The notes below the pieces were generated by a model. It was not told the DNA's origin. It did no database searches and worked only from the letters and a program-made list of their open reading frames with translations. A stretch of 64,000 bases of DNA from Auanema rhodensis (taxonomy: Eukaryota; Animalia; Nematoda): contig OZ059897.1 in the NCBI GenBank assembly GCA_964057225.1, forward strand, positions 1,302,001 through 1,366,000, given 5' to 3'. Both the position numbers and the translations under genes were made by a program. Positions 1 through 12,399 of the stretch are shown here, one piece after another (the stretch's first letter is position 1; every line of letters starts with the position of its first letter).

Positions 1-103
1 TGAACTTATATCAGTTAATATCTCGGTGCATTTTTAAGCTAACTCAAATCTAATAACACAGATCGACGCAGCTTAAAAATCCGCATCGAATGCACTATAT
101 AAC

Positions 104-120
104 ATTGAGAAACGCTCAAT
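104..120. other. Intra-monomer inverted repeat ATTGAG-aaacg-CTCAAT
   Basis: 6-bp arms at 104-109 and 115-120. Confidence 0.85.
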
Positions 121-163
121 ACAAAAATTATTTATGATTGTTTGAAAAATGATGCATTAGTGT

Positions 164-191
164 ATGTTGAGTTTCCATGTACACTCAACAT
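164..191. other. Intra-monomer inverted repeat ATGTTGAGT-N10-ACTCAACAT
   Basis: 9-bp arms at 164-172 and 183-191, with one mismatch in A-type (GTTGCG) monomers. Confidence 0.93.
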
Positions 192-341
192 TGCTTCCAA
201 AAACATTTTGACAAAAATTTTCCTGAAAAATTTCAAGATAATTTTACAGAAAGCAAATGTTTTTAGATTCCTTTTTTTAAGGCGAAAACGATGGACAATG
301 TTATTCAACGAAAAAATTAATTCTTCAGGGTGAAAATCGAG

Positions 342-363
342 GATATAAGTGTGAACTTATATC
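342..363. other. Intra-monomer perfect inverted repeat GATATAAGT-gtga-ACTTATATC (present in almost every monomer)
   Basis: 9-bp arms at 342-350 and 355-363 with a 4-nt loop, read directly from the sequence. Confidence 0.95.
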
Positions 364-3300
364 AGTTGATATCTCGGTGCATATTTAAGCTAGCGCAAAT
401 CTAATAACACAGATCGACGCAGCTTAAAAATCCGCATCGAATGCACTATATAACATTGAGAAACGCTCAATACAAAAATTATTTATGATTGTTTGAAAAA
501 TGATGCATTAGTGTATGTTGCGTTTCCATGTACACTCAACATTGCTTCCAAAAACATTTTGACAAAAATTTTCCCGAAAAATTTCAAGATAATTTTACAA
601 AAAGTAGATGTTTTTAGATTTCTTTTTTTAAGGCAAAGACGATGGACAATGTTATTCAACGAAAAAATTAATTCTTCAGGGTGAAAATCGAGGATATAAG
701 TGTGAACTTATATCAGTTAATATCTCGGTGCATTTTTAAGCTAACTCAAATCTAATAACACAGATCGACGCAGCTTAAAAATCCGCATCGAATGCACTAT
801 ATAACATTGAGAAACGCTCAATACAAAAATTATTTATGATTGTTTGAAAAATGATGCATTAGTGTATGTTGAGTTTCCATGTACACTCAACATTGCTTCC
901 AAAAACATTTTGACAAAAATTTTCCTGAAAAATTTCAAGATAATTTTACAGAAAGTAGATGTTTTTAGATTTCTTTTTTTAAGGCAAAGACGATGGACAA
1001 TGTTATTCAACGAAAAAATTAATTCTTCAGGGTGAAAATCGAGGTTATAAATGTGAACTTCTATCAGTTAATATCTCGGTGCATTTTTAAGCTAACTCAA
1101 ATCTAATAACACAGATCGACGCAGCTTAAAAATCCGCTTCGAATGCACTATACTACATTGAGAAACGCTCAATACAAAAATTATTTATGATTGTTTGAAA
1201 AATGATGCATTAGTGTATGTTGCGTTTCCATGTACACTCAACATTGCTTCCAAAAACATTTTGACAAAAATTTTCCTGAAAAATTTCAAGATAATTTTAC
1301 AAAAAGTAGATGTTTTTAGATTTCTTTTTTTAAGGCAAAGACGATGGACAATGTTATTCAACGAAAAAATTAATTCTTCAGGGTGAAAATCGAGGATATA
1401 AGTGTGAACTTATATCAGTTGATATCTCGGTGCATTTTTAAGCTAACGCAAATCTGATAACACAGATCGTCGCAGCTTAAAAATCCGCTTCGAATGCACT
1501 ATACTACATTGAGAAACGCTCAATACAAAAATTATTTATGATTGTTTGAAAAATGATGCATTAGTGTATGTTGCGTTTCCATGTACACTCAACATTGCTT
1601 CCAAAAACATTTTGACAAAAATTTTCCCGAAAAATTTCAAGATAATTTTACAAAAAGTAGATGTTTTTAGATTTCTTTTTTTAAGGGAAAGACGATGGAC
1701 ATTGTTATTCAACGAAAAAATTAATTCTTCAGGGTGAAAATCGAGGATATAAGTGTGAACTTATATCAGTTGATATCTCGGTGCATTTTTAAGCTAACGC
1801 AAATCTGATAACACAGATCGACGCAGCTTAAAAATCCGCTTCGAATGCACTATACTACATTGAGAAACGCTCAATACAAAAATTATTTATGATTGTTTGA
1901 AAAATGATGCATTAGTGTATGTTGCGTTTCCATGTACACTCAACATTGCTTCCAAAAACATTTTGACAAAAATTTTCCCGAAAAATTTCAAGATAATTTT
2001 ACAAAAAGTAGATGTTTTTAGATTTCTTTTTTTAAGGCAAAGACGATGGACAATGTTATTCAACGAAAAAATTAATTCTTCAGGGTGAAAATCGAGGATA
2101 TAAGTGTGAACTTATATCAGTTGATATCTCTTTGCATTTTTAAGCTAACGCAAATCTGATAACACAGATCGTCGCAGCTTAAAAATCCGCTTCGAATGCA
2201 CTATACTACATTGAGAAACGCTCAATACAAAAATTATTTATGATTGTTTGAAAAATGATGCATTAGTGTATGTTGAGTTTCCATGTACACTCAACATTGC
2301 TTCCAAAAACATTTTGACAAAAATTTTCCTGAAAAATTTCAAGATAATTTTACAGAAAGCAAATGTTTTTAGATTCCTTTTTTTAAGGCGAAAACGATGG
2401 ACAATGTTATTCAACGAAAAAATTAATTCTTCAGGGTGAAAATCGAGGATATAAGTGTGAACTTATATCAGTTGATATCTCGGTGCATATTTAAGCTAGC
2501 GCAAATCTAATAACACAGATCGACGCAGCTTAAAAATCCGCATCGAATGCACTATATAACATTGAGAAACGCTCAATACAAAAATTATTTATGATTGTTT
2601 GAAAAATGATGCATTAGTGTATGTTGCGTTTCCATGTACACTCAACATTGCTTCCAAAAACATTTTGACAAAAATTTTCCCGAAAAATTTCAAGATAATT
2701 TTACAAAAAGTAGATGTTTTTAGATTTCTTTTTTTAAGGCAAAGACGATGGACAATGTTATTCAACGAAAAAATTAATTCTTCAGGGTGAAAATCGAGGA
2801 TATAAGTGTGAACTTATATCAGTTAATATCTCGGTGCATTTTTAAGCTAACTCAAATCTAATAACACAGATCGACGCAGCTTAAAAATCCGCATCGAATG
2901 CACTATATAACATTGAGAAACGCTCAATACAAAAATTATTTATGATTGTTTGAAAAATGATGCATTAGTGTATGTTGAGTTTCCATGTACACTCAACATT
3001 GCTTCCAAAAACATTTTGACAAAAATTTTCCTGAAAAATTTCAAGATAATTTTACAGAAAGTAGATGTTTTTAGATTTCTTTTTTTAAGGCAAAGACGAT
3101 GGACAATGTTATTCAACGAAAAAATTAATTCTTCAGGGTGAAAATCGAGGTTATAAATGTGAACTTCTATCAGTTAATATCTCGGTGCATTTTTAAGCTA
3201 ACTCAAATCTAATAACACAGATCGACGCAGCTTAAAAATCCGCTTCGAATGCACTATACTACATTGAGAAACGCTCAATACAAAAATTATTTATGATTGT

Positions 3301-6300
3301 TTGAAAAATGATGCATTAGTGTATGTTGCGTTTCCATGTACACTCAACATTGCTTCCAAAAACATTTTGACAAAAATTTTCCTGAAAAATTTCAAGATAA
3401 TTTTACAAAAAGTAGATGTTTTTAGATTTCTTTTTTTAAGGCAAAGACGATGGACAATGTTATTCAACGAAAAAATTAATTCTTCAGGGTGAAAATCGAG
3501 GATATAAGTGTGAACTTATATCAGTTGATATCTCGGTGCATTTTTAAGCTAACGCAAATCTGATAACACAGATCGTCGCAGCTTAAAAATCCGCTTCGAA
3601 TGCACTATACTACATTGAGAAACGCTCAATACAAAAATTATTTATGATTGTTTGAAAAATGATGCATTAGTGTATGTTGCGTTTCCATGTACACTCAACA
3701 TTGCTTCCAAAAACATTTTGACAAAAATTTTCCCGAAAAATTTCAAGATAATTTTACAAAAAGTAGATGTTTTTAGATTTCTTTTTTTAAGGGAAAGACG
3801 ATGGACATTGTTATTCAACGAAAAAATTAATTCTTCAGGGTGAAAATCGAGGATATAAGTGTGAACTTATATCAGTTGATATCTCGGTGCATTTTTAAGC
3901 TAACGCAAATCTGATAACACAGATCGACGCAGCTTAAAAATCCGCTTCGAATGCACTATACTACATTGAGAAACGCTCAATACAAAAATTATTTATGATT
4001 GTTTGAAAAATGATGCATTAGTGTATGTTGCGTTTCCATGTACACTCAACATTGCTTCCAAAAACATTTTGACAAAAATTTTCCCGAAAAATTTCAAGAT
4101 AATTTTACAAAAAGTAGATGTTTTTAGATTTCTTTTTTTAAGGCAAAGACGATGGACAATGTTATTCAACGAAAAAATTAATTCTTCAGGGTGAAAATCG
4201 AGGATATAAGTGTGAACTTATATCAGTTGATATCTCTTTGCATTTTTAAGCTAACGCAAATCTGATAACACAGATCGTCGCAGCTTAAAAATCCGCTTCG
4301 AATGCACTATACTACATTGAGAAACGCTCAATACAAAAATTATTTATGATTGTTTGAAAAATGATGCATTAGTGTATGTTGCGTTTCCATGTACACTCAA
4401 CATTGCTTCCAAAAACATTTTGACAAAAATTTTCCTGAAAAATTTCAAGATAATTTTACAGAAAGCAAATGTTTTTAGATTCCTTTTTTTAAGGCGAAAA
4501 CGATGGACAATGTTATTCAACGAAAAAATTAATTCTTCAGGGTGAAAATCGAGGATATAAGTGTGAACTTATATCAGTTGATATCTCGGTGCATATTTAA
4601 GCTAGCGCAAATCTAATAACACAGATCGACGCAGCTTAAAAATCCGCATCGAATGCACTATATAACATTGAGAAACGCTCAATACAAAAATTATTTATGA
4701 TTGTTTGAAAAATGATGCATTAGTGTATGTTGCGTTTCCATGTACACTCAACATTGCTTCCAAAAACATTTTGACAAAAATTTTCCCGAAAAATTTCAAG
4801 ATAATTTTACAAAAAGTAGATGTTTTTAGATTTCTTTTTTTAAGGCAAAGACGATGGACAATGTTATTCAACGAAAAAATTAATTCTTCAGGGTGAAAAT
4901 CGAGGATATAAGTGTGAACTTATATCAGTTAATATCTCGGTGCATTTTTAAGCTAACTCAAATCTAATAACACAGATCGACGCAGCTTAAAAATCCGCAT
5001 CGAATGCATTATATAACATTGAGAAACGCTCAATACAAAAATTATTTATGATTGTTTGAAAAATGATGCATTAGTGTATGTTGAGTTTCCATGTACACTC
5101 AACATTGCTTCCAAAAACATTTTGACAAAAATTTTCCTGAAAAATTTCAAGATAATTTTACAGAAAGTAGATGTTTTTAGATTTCTTTTTTTAAGGCAAA
5201 GACGATGGACAATGTTATTCAACGAAAAAATTAATTCTTCAGGGTGAAAATCGAGGTTATAAGTGTGAACTTCTATCAGTTAATATCTCGGTGCATTTTT
5301 AAGCTAACTCAAATCTAATAACACAGATCGACGCAGCTTAAAAATCCGCTTCGAATGCACTATACTACATTGAGAAACGCTCAATACAAAAATTATTTAT
5401 GATTGTTTGAAAAATGATGCATTAGTGTATGTTGCGTTTCCATGTACACTCAACATTGCTTCCAAAAACATTTTGACAAAAATTTTCCTGAAAAATTTCA
5501 AGATAATTTTACAAAAAGTAGATGTTTTTAGATTTCTTTTTTTAAGGCAAAGACGATGGACAATGTTATTCAACGAAAAAATTAATTCTTCAGGGTGAAA
5601 ATCGAGGATATAAGTGTGAACTTATATCAGTTGATATCTCGGTGCATTTTTAAGCTAACGCAAATCTGATAACACAGATCGTCGCAGCTTAAAAATCCGC
5701 TTCGAATGCACTATACTACATTGAGAAACGCTCAATACAAAAATTATTTATGATTGTTTGAAAAATGATGCATTAGTGTATGTTGCGTTTCCATGTACAC
5801 TCAACATTGCTTCCAAAAACATTTTGACAAAAATTTTCCCGAAAAATTTCAAGATAATTTTACAAAAAGTAGATGTTTTTAGATTTCTTTTTTTAAGGGA
5901 AAGACGATGGACATTGTTATTCAACGAAAAAATTAATTCTTCAGGGTGAAAATCGAGGATATAAGTGTGAACTTATATCAGTTGATATCTCGGTGCATTT
6001 TTAAGCTAACGCAAATCTGATAACACAGATCGACGCAGCTTAAAAATCCGCTTCGAATGCACTATACTACATTGAGAAACGCTCAATACAAAAATTATTT
6101 ATGATTGTTTGAAAAATGATGCATTAGTGTATGTTGCGTTTCCATGTACACTCAACATTGCTTCCAAAAACATTTTGACAAAAATTTTCCCGAAAAATTT
6201 CAAGATAATTTTACAAAAAGTAGATGTTTTTAGATTTCTTTTTTTAAGGCAAAGACGATGGACAATGTTATTCAACGAAAAAATTAATTCTTCAGGGTGA

Positions 6301-7161
6301 AAATCGAGGATATAAGTGTGAACTTATATCAGTTGATATCTCTTTGCATTTTTAAGCTAACGCAAATCTGATAACACAGATCGTCGCAGCTTAAAAATCC
6401 GCTTCGAATGCACTATACTACATTGAGAAACGCTCAATACAAAAATTATTTATGATTGTTTGAAAAATGATGCATTAGTGTATGTTGCGTTTCCATGTAC
6501 ACTCAACATTGCTTCCAAAAACATTTTGACAAAAATTTTCCCGAAAAATTTCAAGATAATTTTACAAAAAGTAGATGTTTTTAGATTTCTTTTTTTAAGG
6601 CAAAGACGATGGACAATGTTATTCAACGAAAAAATTAATTCTTCAGGGTGAAAATCGAGGATATAAGTGTGAACTTATATCAGTTAATATCTCGGTGCAT
6701 TTTTAAGCTAACTCAAATCTAATAACACAGATCGACGCAGCTTAAAAATCCGCATCGAATGCACTATATAACATTGAGAAGCGCTCAATACAAAAATTAT
6801 TTATGATTGTTTGAAAAATGATGCATTAGTGTATGTTGCGTTTCCATGTACACTCAACATTGCTTCCAAAAACATTTTGACAAAAATTTTCCCGAAAAAT
6901 TTCAAGATAATTTTACAAAAAGTAGATGTTTTTAGATTTATTTTTTTAAGGCAAAGACGATGGACAATGTTATTCAACGAAAAAATTAATTCTTCAGGGT
7001 GAAAATCGAGGATATAAGTGTGAACTTATATCAGTTAATATCTCGGTGCATTTTTAAGCTAACTCAAATCTAATAACACAGATCGACGCAGCTTAAAAAT
7101 CCGCATCGAATGCACTATATAACATTGAGAAACGCTCAATACAAAAATTATTTATGATTGT

Positions 7162-10100
7162 TTGAAAAATGATGCATTAGTGTATGTTGAGTTTCCATGT
7201 ACACTCAACATTGCTTCCAAAAACATTTTGACAAAAATTTTCCCGAAAAATTTCAAGATAATTTTACAAAAAGTAGCTGTTTTTAGATTCCTTTTTTTAA
7301 GGCGAAGACGATGGACAATGTTATTCAACGAAAAAATTAATTCTTCAGGGTGAAAATCGAGGATATAAGTGTGAACTTATATCAGTTGATATCTCGGTGC
7401 ATTTTTAAGCTAGCGCAAATCTAATAACACAGATCGACGCAGCTTAAAAATCCGCATCGAATGCACTATATAACATTGAGAAACGCTCAATACAAAAATT
7501 ATTTATGATTGTTTGAAAAATGATGCATTAGTGTATGTTGAGTTTCCATGTACACTCAACATTGCTTCCAAAAACATTTTGACAAAAATTTTCCCGAAAA
7601 ATTTCAAGATAATTTTACAAAAAGTAGCTGTTTTTAGATTCCTTTTTTTAAGGCGAAGACGATGGACAATGTTATTCAACGAAAAAATTAATTCTTCAGG
7701 GTGAAAATCGAGGATATAAGTGTGAACTTATATCAGTTGATATCTCGGTGCATTTTTAAGCTAGCGCAAATCTGATAACACAGATCGACGCCGCTTAAAA
7801 ATACGCATCGAATGCACTATACTACATTGAGAAACGCTTAATACAAAAATTAGTTATGCTCGTTTGAAAAATGATTCATTAGTGTATGTTGAGTTTCCAT
7901 GTACACTCAACATTGCTTCCAAAAACATTTTGACAAAAATTTTCCCGAAAAATTTCAAGATAATTTAACAAAGAGTAGATGTTTTTAGATTCCTTTTTTT
8001 AAGGCGAAGACGATGGACAATGTTATTCAACGAAAAAATTAATTCTTCAGGGTGAAAATCGAGGATATAAGTGTGAACTTATATCAGTTGATATCTCGGT
8101 GAATTTTTAAGCTAACTCAAATCTGATAACACAGATCGACGCAGCTTAAAAATCCGTTTCGAATGCATCATACTACATTGAGAAACGCTCAATACAAAAA
8201 TTAGTTATGCTCGTTTGAAAAATGATTCATTAGTGTATGTTGAGTTTCCATGTACACTCAACATTGCTTCCAAAAACATTTTGACAAAAATTTTCCCGAA
8301 AAATTTCAAGATAATTTTACAAAAACTAGATGTTTTTAGATTCCTTTTTTTAAGGCGAAGACGATGGACAATGTTATTCAACAAAAAAATTAATTCTTCA
8401 GGGTGAAAAACGAGGATATAAGTGTGAACTTATATCAGTTGATATCTCGGTGCATTTTTAAGCTAACTCAAATCTAATAACACAGATCGACGCAGCTTAA
8501 AAATCCGCATCGAATGCACTATATAACATTGAGAAACGCTCAATACAAAAATTATTTATGATTGTTTGAAAAATGATGCATTAGTGTATGTTGAGTTTCC
8601 ATGTACACTCAACATTGCTTCCAAAAACATTTTGACAAAAATTTTCCCGAAAAATTTCAAGATAATTTTACAAAAAGTAGCTGTTTTTAGATTCCTTTTT
8701 TTAAGGCGAAGACGATGGACAATGTTATTCAACGAAAAAATTAATTCTTCAGGGTGAAAATCGAGGATATAAGTGTGAACTTATATCAGTTGATATCTCG
8801 GTGAATTTTTAAGCTAGCGCAAATCTGATAACACAGATCGACGCCGCTTAAAAATACGCATCGAATGCACTATACTACATTGAGAAACGCTTAATACAAA
8901 AATTAGTTATGCTCGTTTGAAAAATGATTCATTAGTGTATGTTGAGTTTCCATGTACACTCAACATTGCTTCCAAAAACATTTTGACAAAAATTTTCCCG
9001 AAAAATTTCAAGATAATTTAACAAAGAGTAGATGTTTTTAGATTCCTTTTTTTAAGGCGAAGACGATGGACAATGTTATTCAACGAAAAAATTAATTCTT
9101 CAGGGTGAAAATCGAGGATATAAGTGTGAACTTATATCAGTTGATATGTCGGTGAATTTTTAAGCTAACTCAAATCTGATAACACAGATCGACGCAGCTT
9201 AAAAATCCGTTTCGAATGCATCATACTACATTGAGAAACGCTCAATACAAAAATTAGTTATGCTCGTTTGAAAAATGATTCATTAGTGTATGTTGAGTTT
9301 CCATGTACACTCAACATTGCTTCCAAAAACATTTTGACAAAAATTTTCCCGAAAAATTTCAAGATAATTTTACAAAAACTAGATGTTTTTAGATTCCTTT
9401 TTTTAAGGCGAAGACGATGGACAATGTTATTCAACAAAAAAATTAATTCTTCAGGGTGAAAATCGAGGATATAAGTGTGAACTTATATCAGTTGATATCT
9501 CGGTGCATTTTTAAGCTAGCGCAAATCTAATAACACAGATCGACGCAGCTTAAAAATCCGCATCGAATGCACTATATAACATTGAGAAACGCTCAATACA
9601 AAAATTATTTATGATTGTTTGAAAAATGATGCATTAGTGTATGTTGAGTTTCCATGTACACTCAACATTGCTTCCAAAAACATTTTGACAAAAATTTTCC
9701 CGAAAAATTTCAAGATAATTTTACAAAAAGTAGCTGTTTTTAGATTCCTTTTTTTAAGGCGAAGACGATGGACAATGTTATTCAACGAAAAAATTAATTC
9801 TTCAGGGTGAAAATCGAGGATATAAGTGTGAACTTATATCAGTTGATATCTCGGTGCATTTTTAAGCTAGCGCAAATCTAATAACACAGATCGACGCAGC
9901 TTAAAAATCCGCATCGAATGCACTATATAACATTGAGAAACGCTCAATACAAAAATTATTTATGATTGTTTGAAAAATGATGCATTAGTGTATGTTGAGT
10001 TTCCATGTACACTCAACATTGCTTCCAAAAACATTTTGACAAAAATTTTCCCGAAAAATTTCAAGATAATTTTACAAAAAGTAGCTGTTTTTAGATTCCT

Positions 10101-12075
10101 TTTTTTAAGGCGAAGACGATGGACAATGTTATTCAACGAAAAAATTAATTCTTCAGGGTGAAAATCGAGGATATAAGTGTGAACTTATATCAGTTGATAT
10201 CTCGGTGCATTTTTAAGCTAGCGCAAATCTGATAACACAGATCGACGCCGCTTAAAAATACGCATCGAATGCACTATACTACATTGAGAAACGCTTAATA
10301 CAAAAATTAGTTATGCTCGTTTGAAAAATGATTCATTAGTGTATGTTGAGTTTCCATGTACACTCAACATTGCTTCCAAAAACATTTTGACAAAAATTTT
10401 CCCGAAAAATTTCAAGATAATTTAACAAAGAGTAGATGTTTTTAGATTCCTTTTTTTAAGGCGAAGACGATGGACAATGTTATTCAACGAAAAAATTAAT
10501 TCTTCAGGGTGAAAATCGAGGATATAAGTGTGAACTTATATCAGTTGATATCTCGGTGAATTTTTAAGCTAACTCAAATCTGATAACACAGATCGACGCA
10601 GCTTAAAAATCCGTTTCGAATGCATCATACTACATTGAGAAACGCTCAATACAAAAATTAGTTATGCTCGTTTGAAAAATGATTCATTAGTGTATGTTGA
10701 GTTTCCATGTACACTCAACATTGCTTCCAAAAACATTTTGACAAAAATTTTCCCGAAAAATTTCAAGATAATTTTACAAAAACTAGATGTTTTTAGATTC
10801 CTTTTTTTAAGGCGAAGACGATGGACAATGTTATTCAACAAAAAAATTAATTCTTCAGGGTGAAAAACGAGGATATAAGTGTGAACTTATATCAGTTGAT
10901 ATCTCGGTGCATTTTTAAGCTAACTCAAATCTAATAACACAGATCGACGCAGCTTAAAAATCCGCATCGAATGCACTATATAACATTGAGAAACGCTCAA
11001 TACAAAAATTATTTATGATTGTTTGAAAAATGATGCATTAGTGTATGTTGAGTTTCCATGTACACTCAACATTGCTTCCAAAAACATTTTGACAAAAATT
11101 TTCCCGAAAAATTTCAAGATAATTTTACAAAAAGTAGCTGTTTTTAGATTCCTTTTTTTAAGGCGAAGACGATGGACAATGTTATTCAACGAAAAAATTA
11201 ATTCTTCAGGGTGAAAATCGAGGATATAAGTGTGAACTTATATCAGTTGATATCTCGGTGAATTTTTAAGCTAGCGCAAATCTGATAACACAGATCGACG
11301 CCGCTTAAAAATACGCATCGAATGCACTATACTACATTGAGAAACGCTTAATACAAAAATTAGTTATGCTCGTTTGAAAAATGATTCATTAGTGTATGTT
11401 GAGTTTCCATGTACACTCAACATTGCTTCCAAAAACATTTTGACAAAAATTTTCCCGAAAAATTTCAAGATAATTTAACAAAGAGTAGATGTTTTTAGAT
11501 TCCTTTTTTTAAGGCGAAGACGATGGACAATGTTATTCAACGAAAAAATTAATTCTTCAGGGTGAAAATCGAGGATATAAGTGTGAACTTATATCAGTTG
11601 ATATGTCGGTGAATTTTTAAGCTAACTCAAATCTGATAACACAGATCGACGCAGCTTAAAAATCCGTTTCGAATGCATCATACTACATTGAGAAACGCTC
11701 AATACAAAAATTAGTTATGCTCGTTTGAAAAATGATTCATTAGTGTATGTTGAGTTTCCATGTACACTCAACATTGCTTCCAAAAACATTTTGACAAAAA
11801 TTTTCCCGAAAAATTTCAAGATAATTTTACAAAAACTAGATGTTTTTAGATTCCTTTTTTTAAGGCGAAGACGATGGACAATGTTATTCAACAAAAAAAT
11901 TAATTCTTCAGGGTGAAAAACGAGGATATAAGTGTGAACTTATATCAGTTGATATCTCGGTGCATTTTTAAGCTAACTCAAATCTAATAACACAGATCGA
12001 CGCAGCTTAAAAATCCGCATCGAATGCACTATATAACATTGAGAAACGCTCAATACAAAAATTATTTATGATTGT
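7162..12075. repeat. 7-mer higher-order repeat (2457 bp) x2 with internal order A-A-B-C-A-B-C
   Basis: A = GTAGCTGT monomers (7162, 7513, 8566 / 9619, 9970, 11023). B = ATTTAACAAAGAG monomers (7864, 8917 / 10321, 11374). C = AACAAAAAAA monomers (8215, 9268 / 10672, 11725). The private variant GATATGTCGG occurs at ~9143 and ~11600, 2457 bp apart. Confidence 0.93.
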
Positions 12076-12314
12076 TTGAAAAATGATGCATTAGTGTATG
12101 TTGAGTTTCCATGTACACTCAACATTGCTTCCAAAAACATTTTGACAAAAATTTTCCCGAAAAATTTCAAGATAATTTTACAAAAAGTAGCTGTTTTTAG
12201 ATTCCTTTTTTTAAGGCGAAGACGATGGACAATGTTATTCAACGAAAAAATTAATTCTTCAGGGTGAAAATCGAGGATATAAGTGTGAACTTATATCAGT
12301 TGATATCTCGGTGA

Positions 12315-12365
12315 ATTTTTAAGCTAGCGCAAATCTGATAACACAGATCGACGCAGCTTAAAAAT
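12315..12365. other. Intra-monomer long interrupted hairpin ATTTTTAAGCT-a-GCG-caa-ATCTG-ataaca-CAGAT-cga-CGC-AGCTTAAAAAT (best-paired example)
   Basis: Nested arms of 11, 3 and 5 bp. The outer 11-bp arms are also seen at 30-40/70-80 and in most monomers. Confidence 0.93.
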
Positions 12366-12399
12366 CCGTTTCGAATGCATTATACTACATTGAGAAACG

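Larger units (their letters stand above)
142..492 (+). repeat. Representative 351-bp monomer (phase arbitrary)
   Basis: Runs TTGAAAAATGATGCATTAGTG...TACAAAAATTATTTATGATTGT, and the next copy starts at 493. Confidence 0.98.
142..6459. repeat. 6-mer higher-order repeat (2106 bp) x3
   Basis: Rare markers recur every 2106 bp: GCAAAT ('KANV') in monomers 142/2248/4354; AAGGGAAA plus GACATTG in 1546/3652/5758; GAGGTTATAA near 1041/3147/5253. Confidence 0.95.
1..7160. repeat. Subfamily domain 'A' (first block): mostly GTTGCG, AAAGTAGAT, AGATTTCTT, with ATCGTCGC and CTCTTTGC variants
   Basis: Diagnostic variants are shared by most monomers here ('VYVAF...KVDVF...RQRR' in the ORF track). Boundary is approximate. 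Confidence 0.8.

Noticed and set aside
322-328. Hammerhead ribozyme core: CTGAAGA on the minus strand (and CTGATAA on the plus strand), as found in some animal satellites
   Set aside because: I could not build stem II closing onto a downstream GAAA, nor stems I/III around a cleavage triplet. The plus-strand motif lacks the conserved G8. A 7-mer match is expected by chance; RNAMotif/Infernal would settle it.
342-363. Rho-independent terminator or bacterial operator
   Set aside because: The stem is AT-rich with no following U-tract, and there is no prokaryotic gene context.
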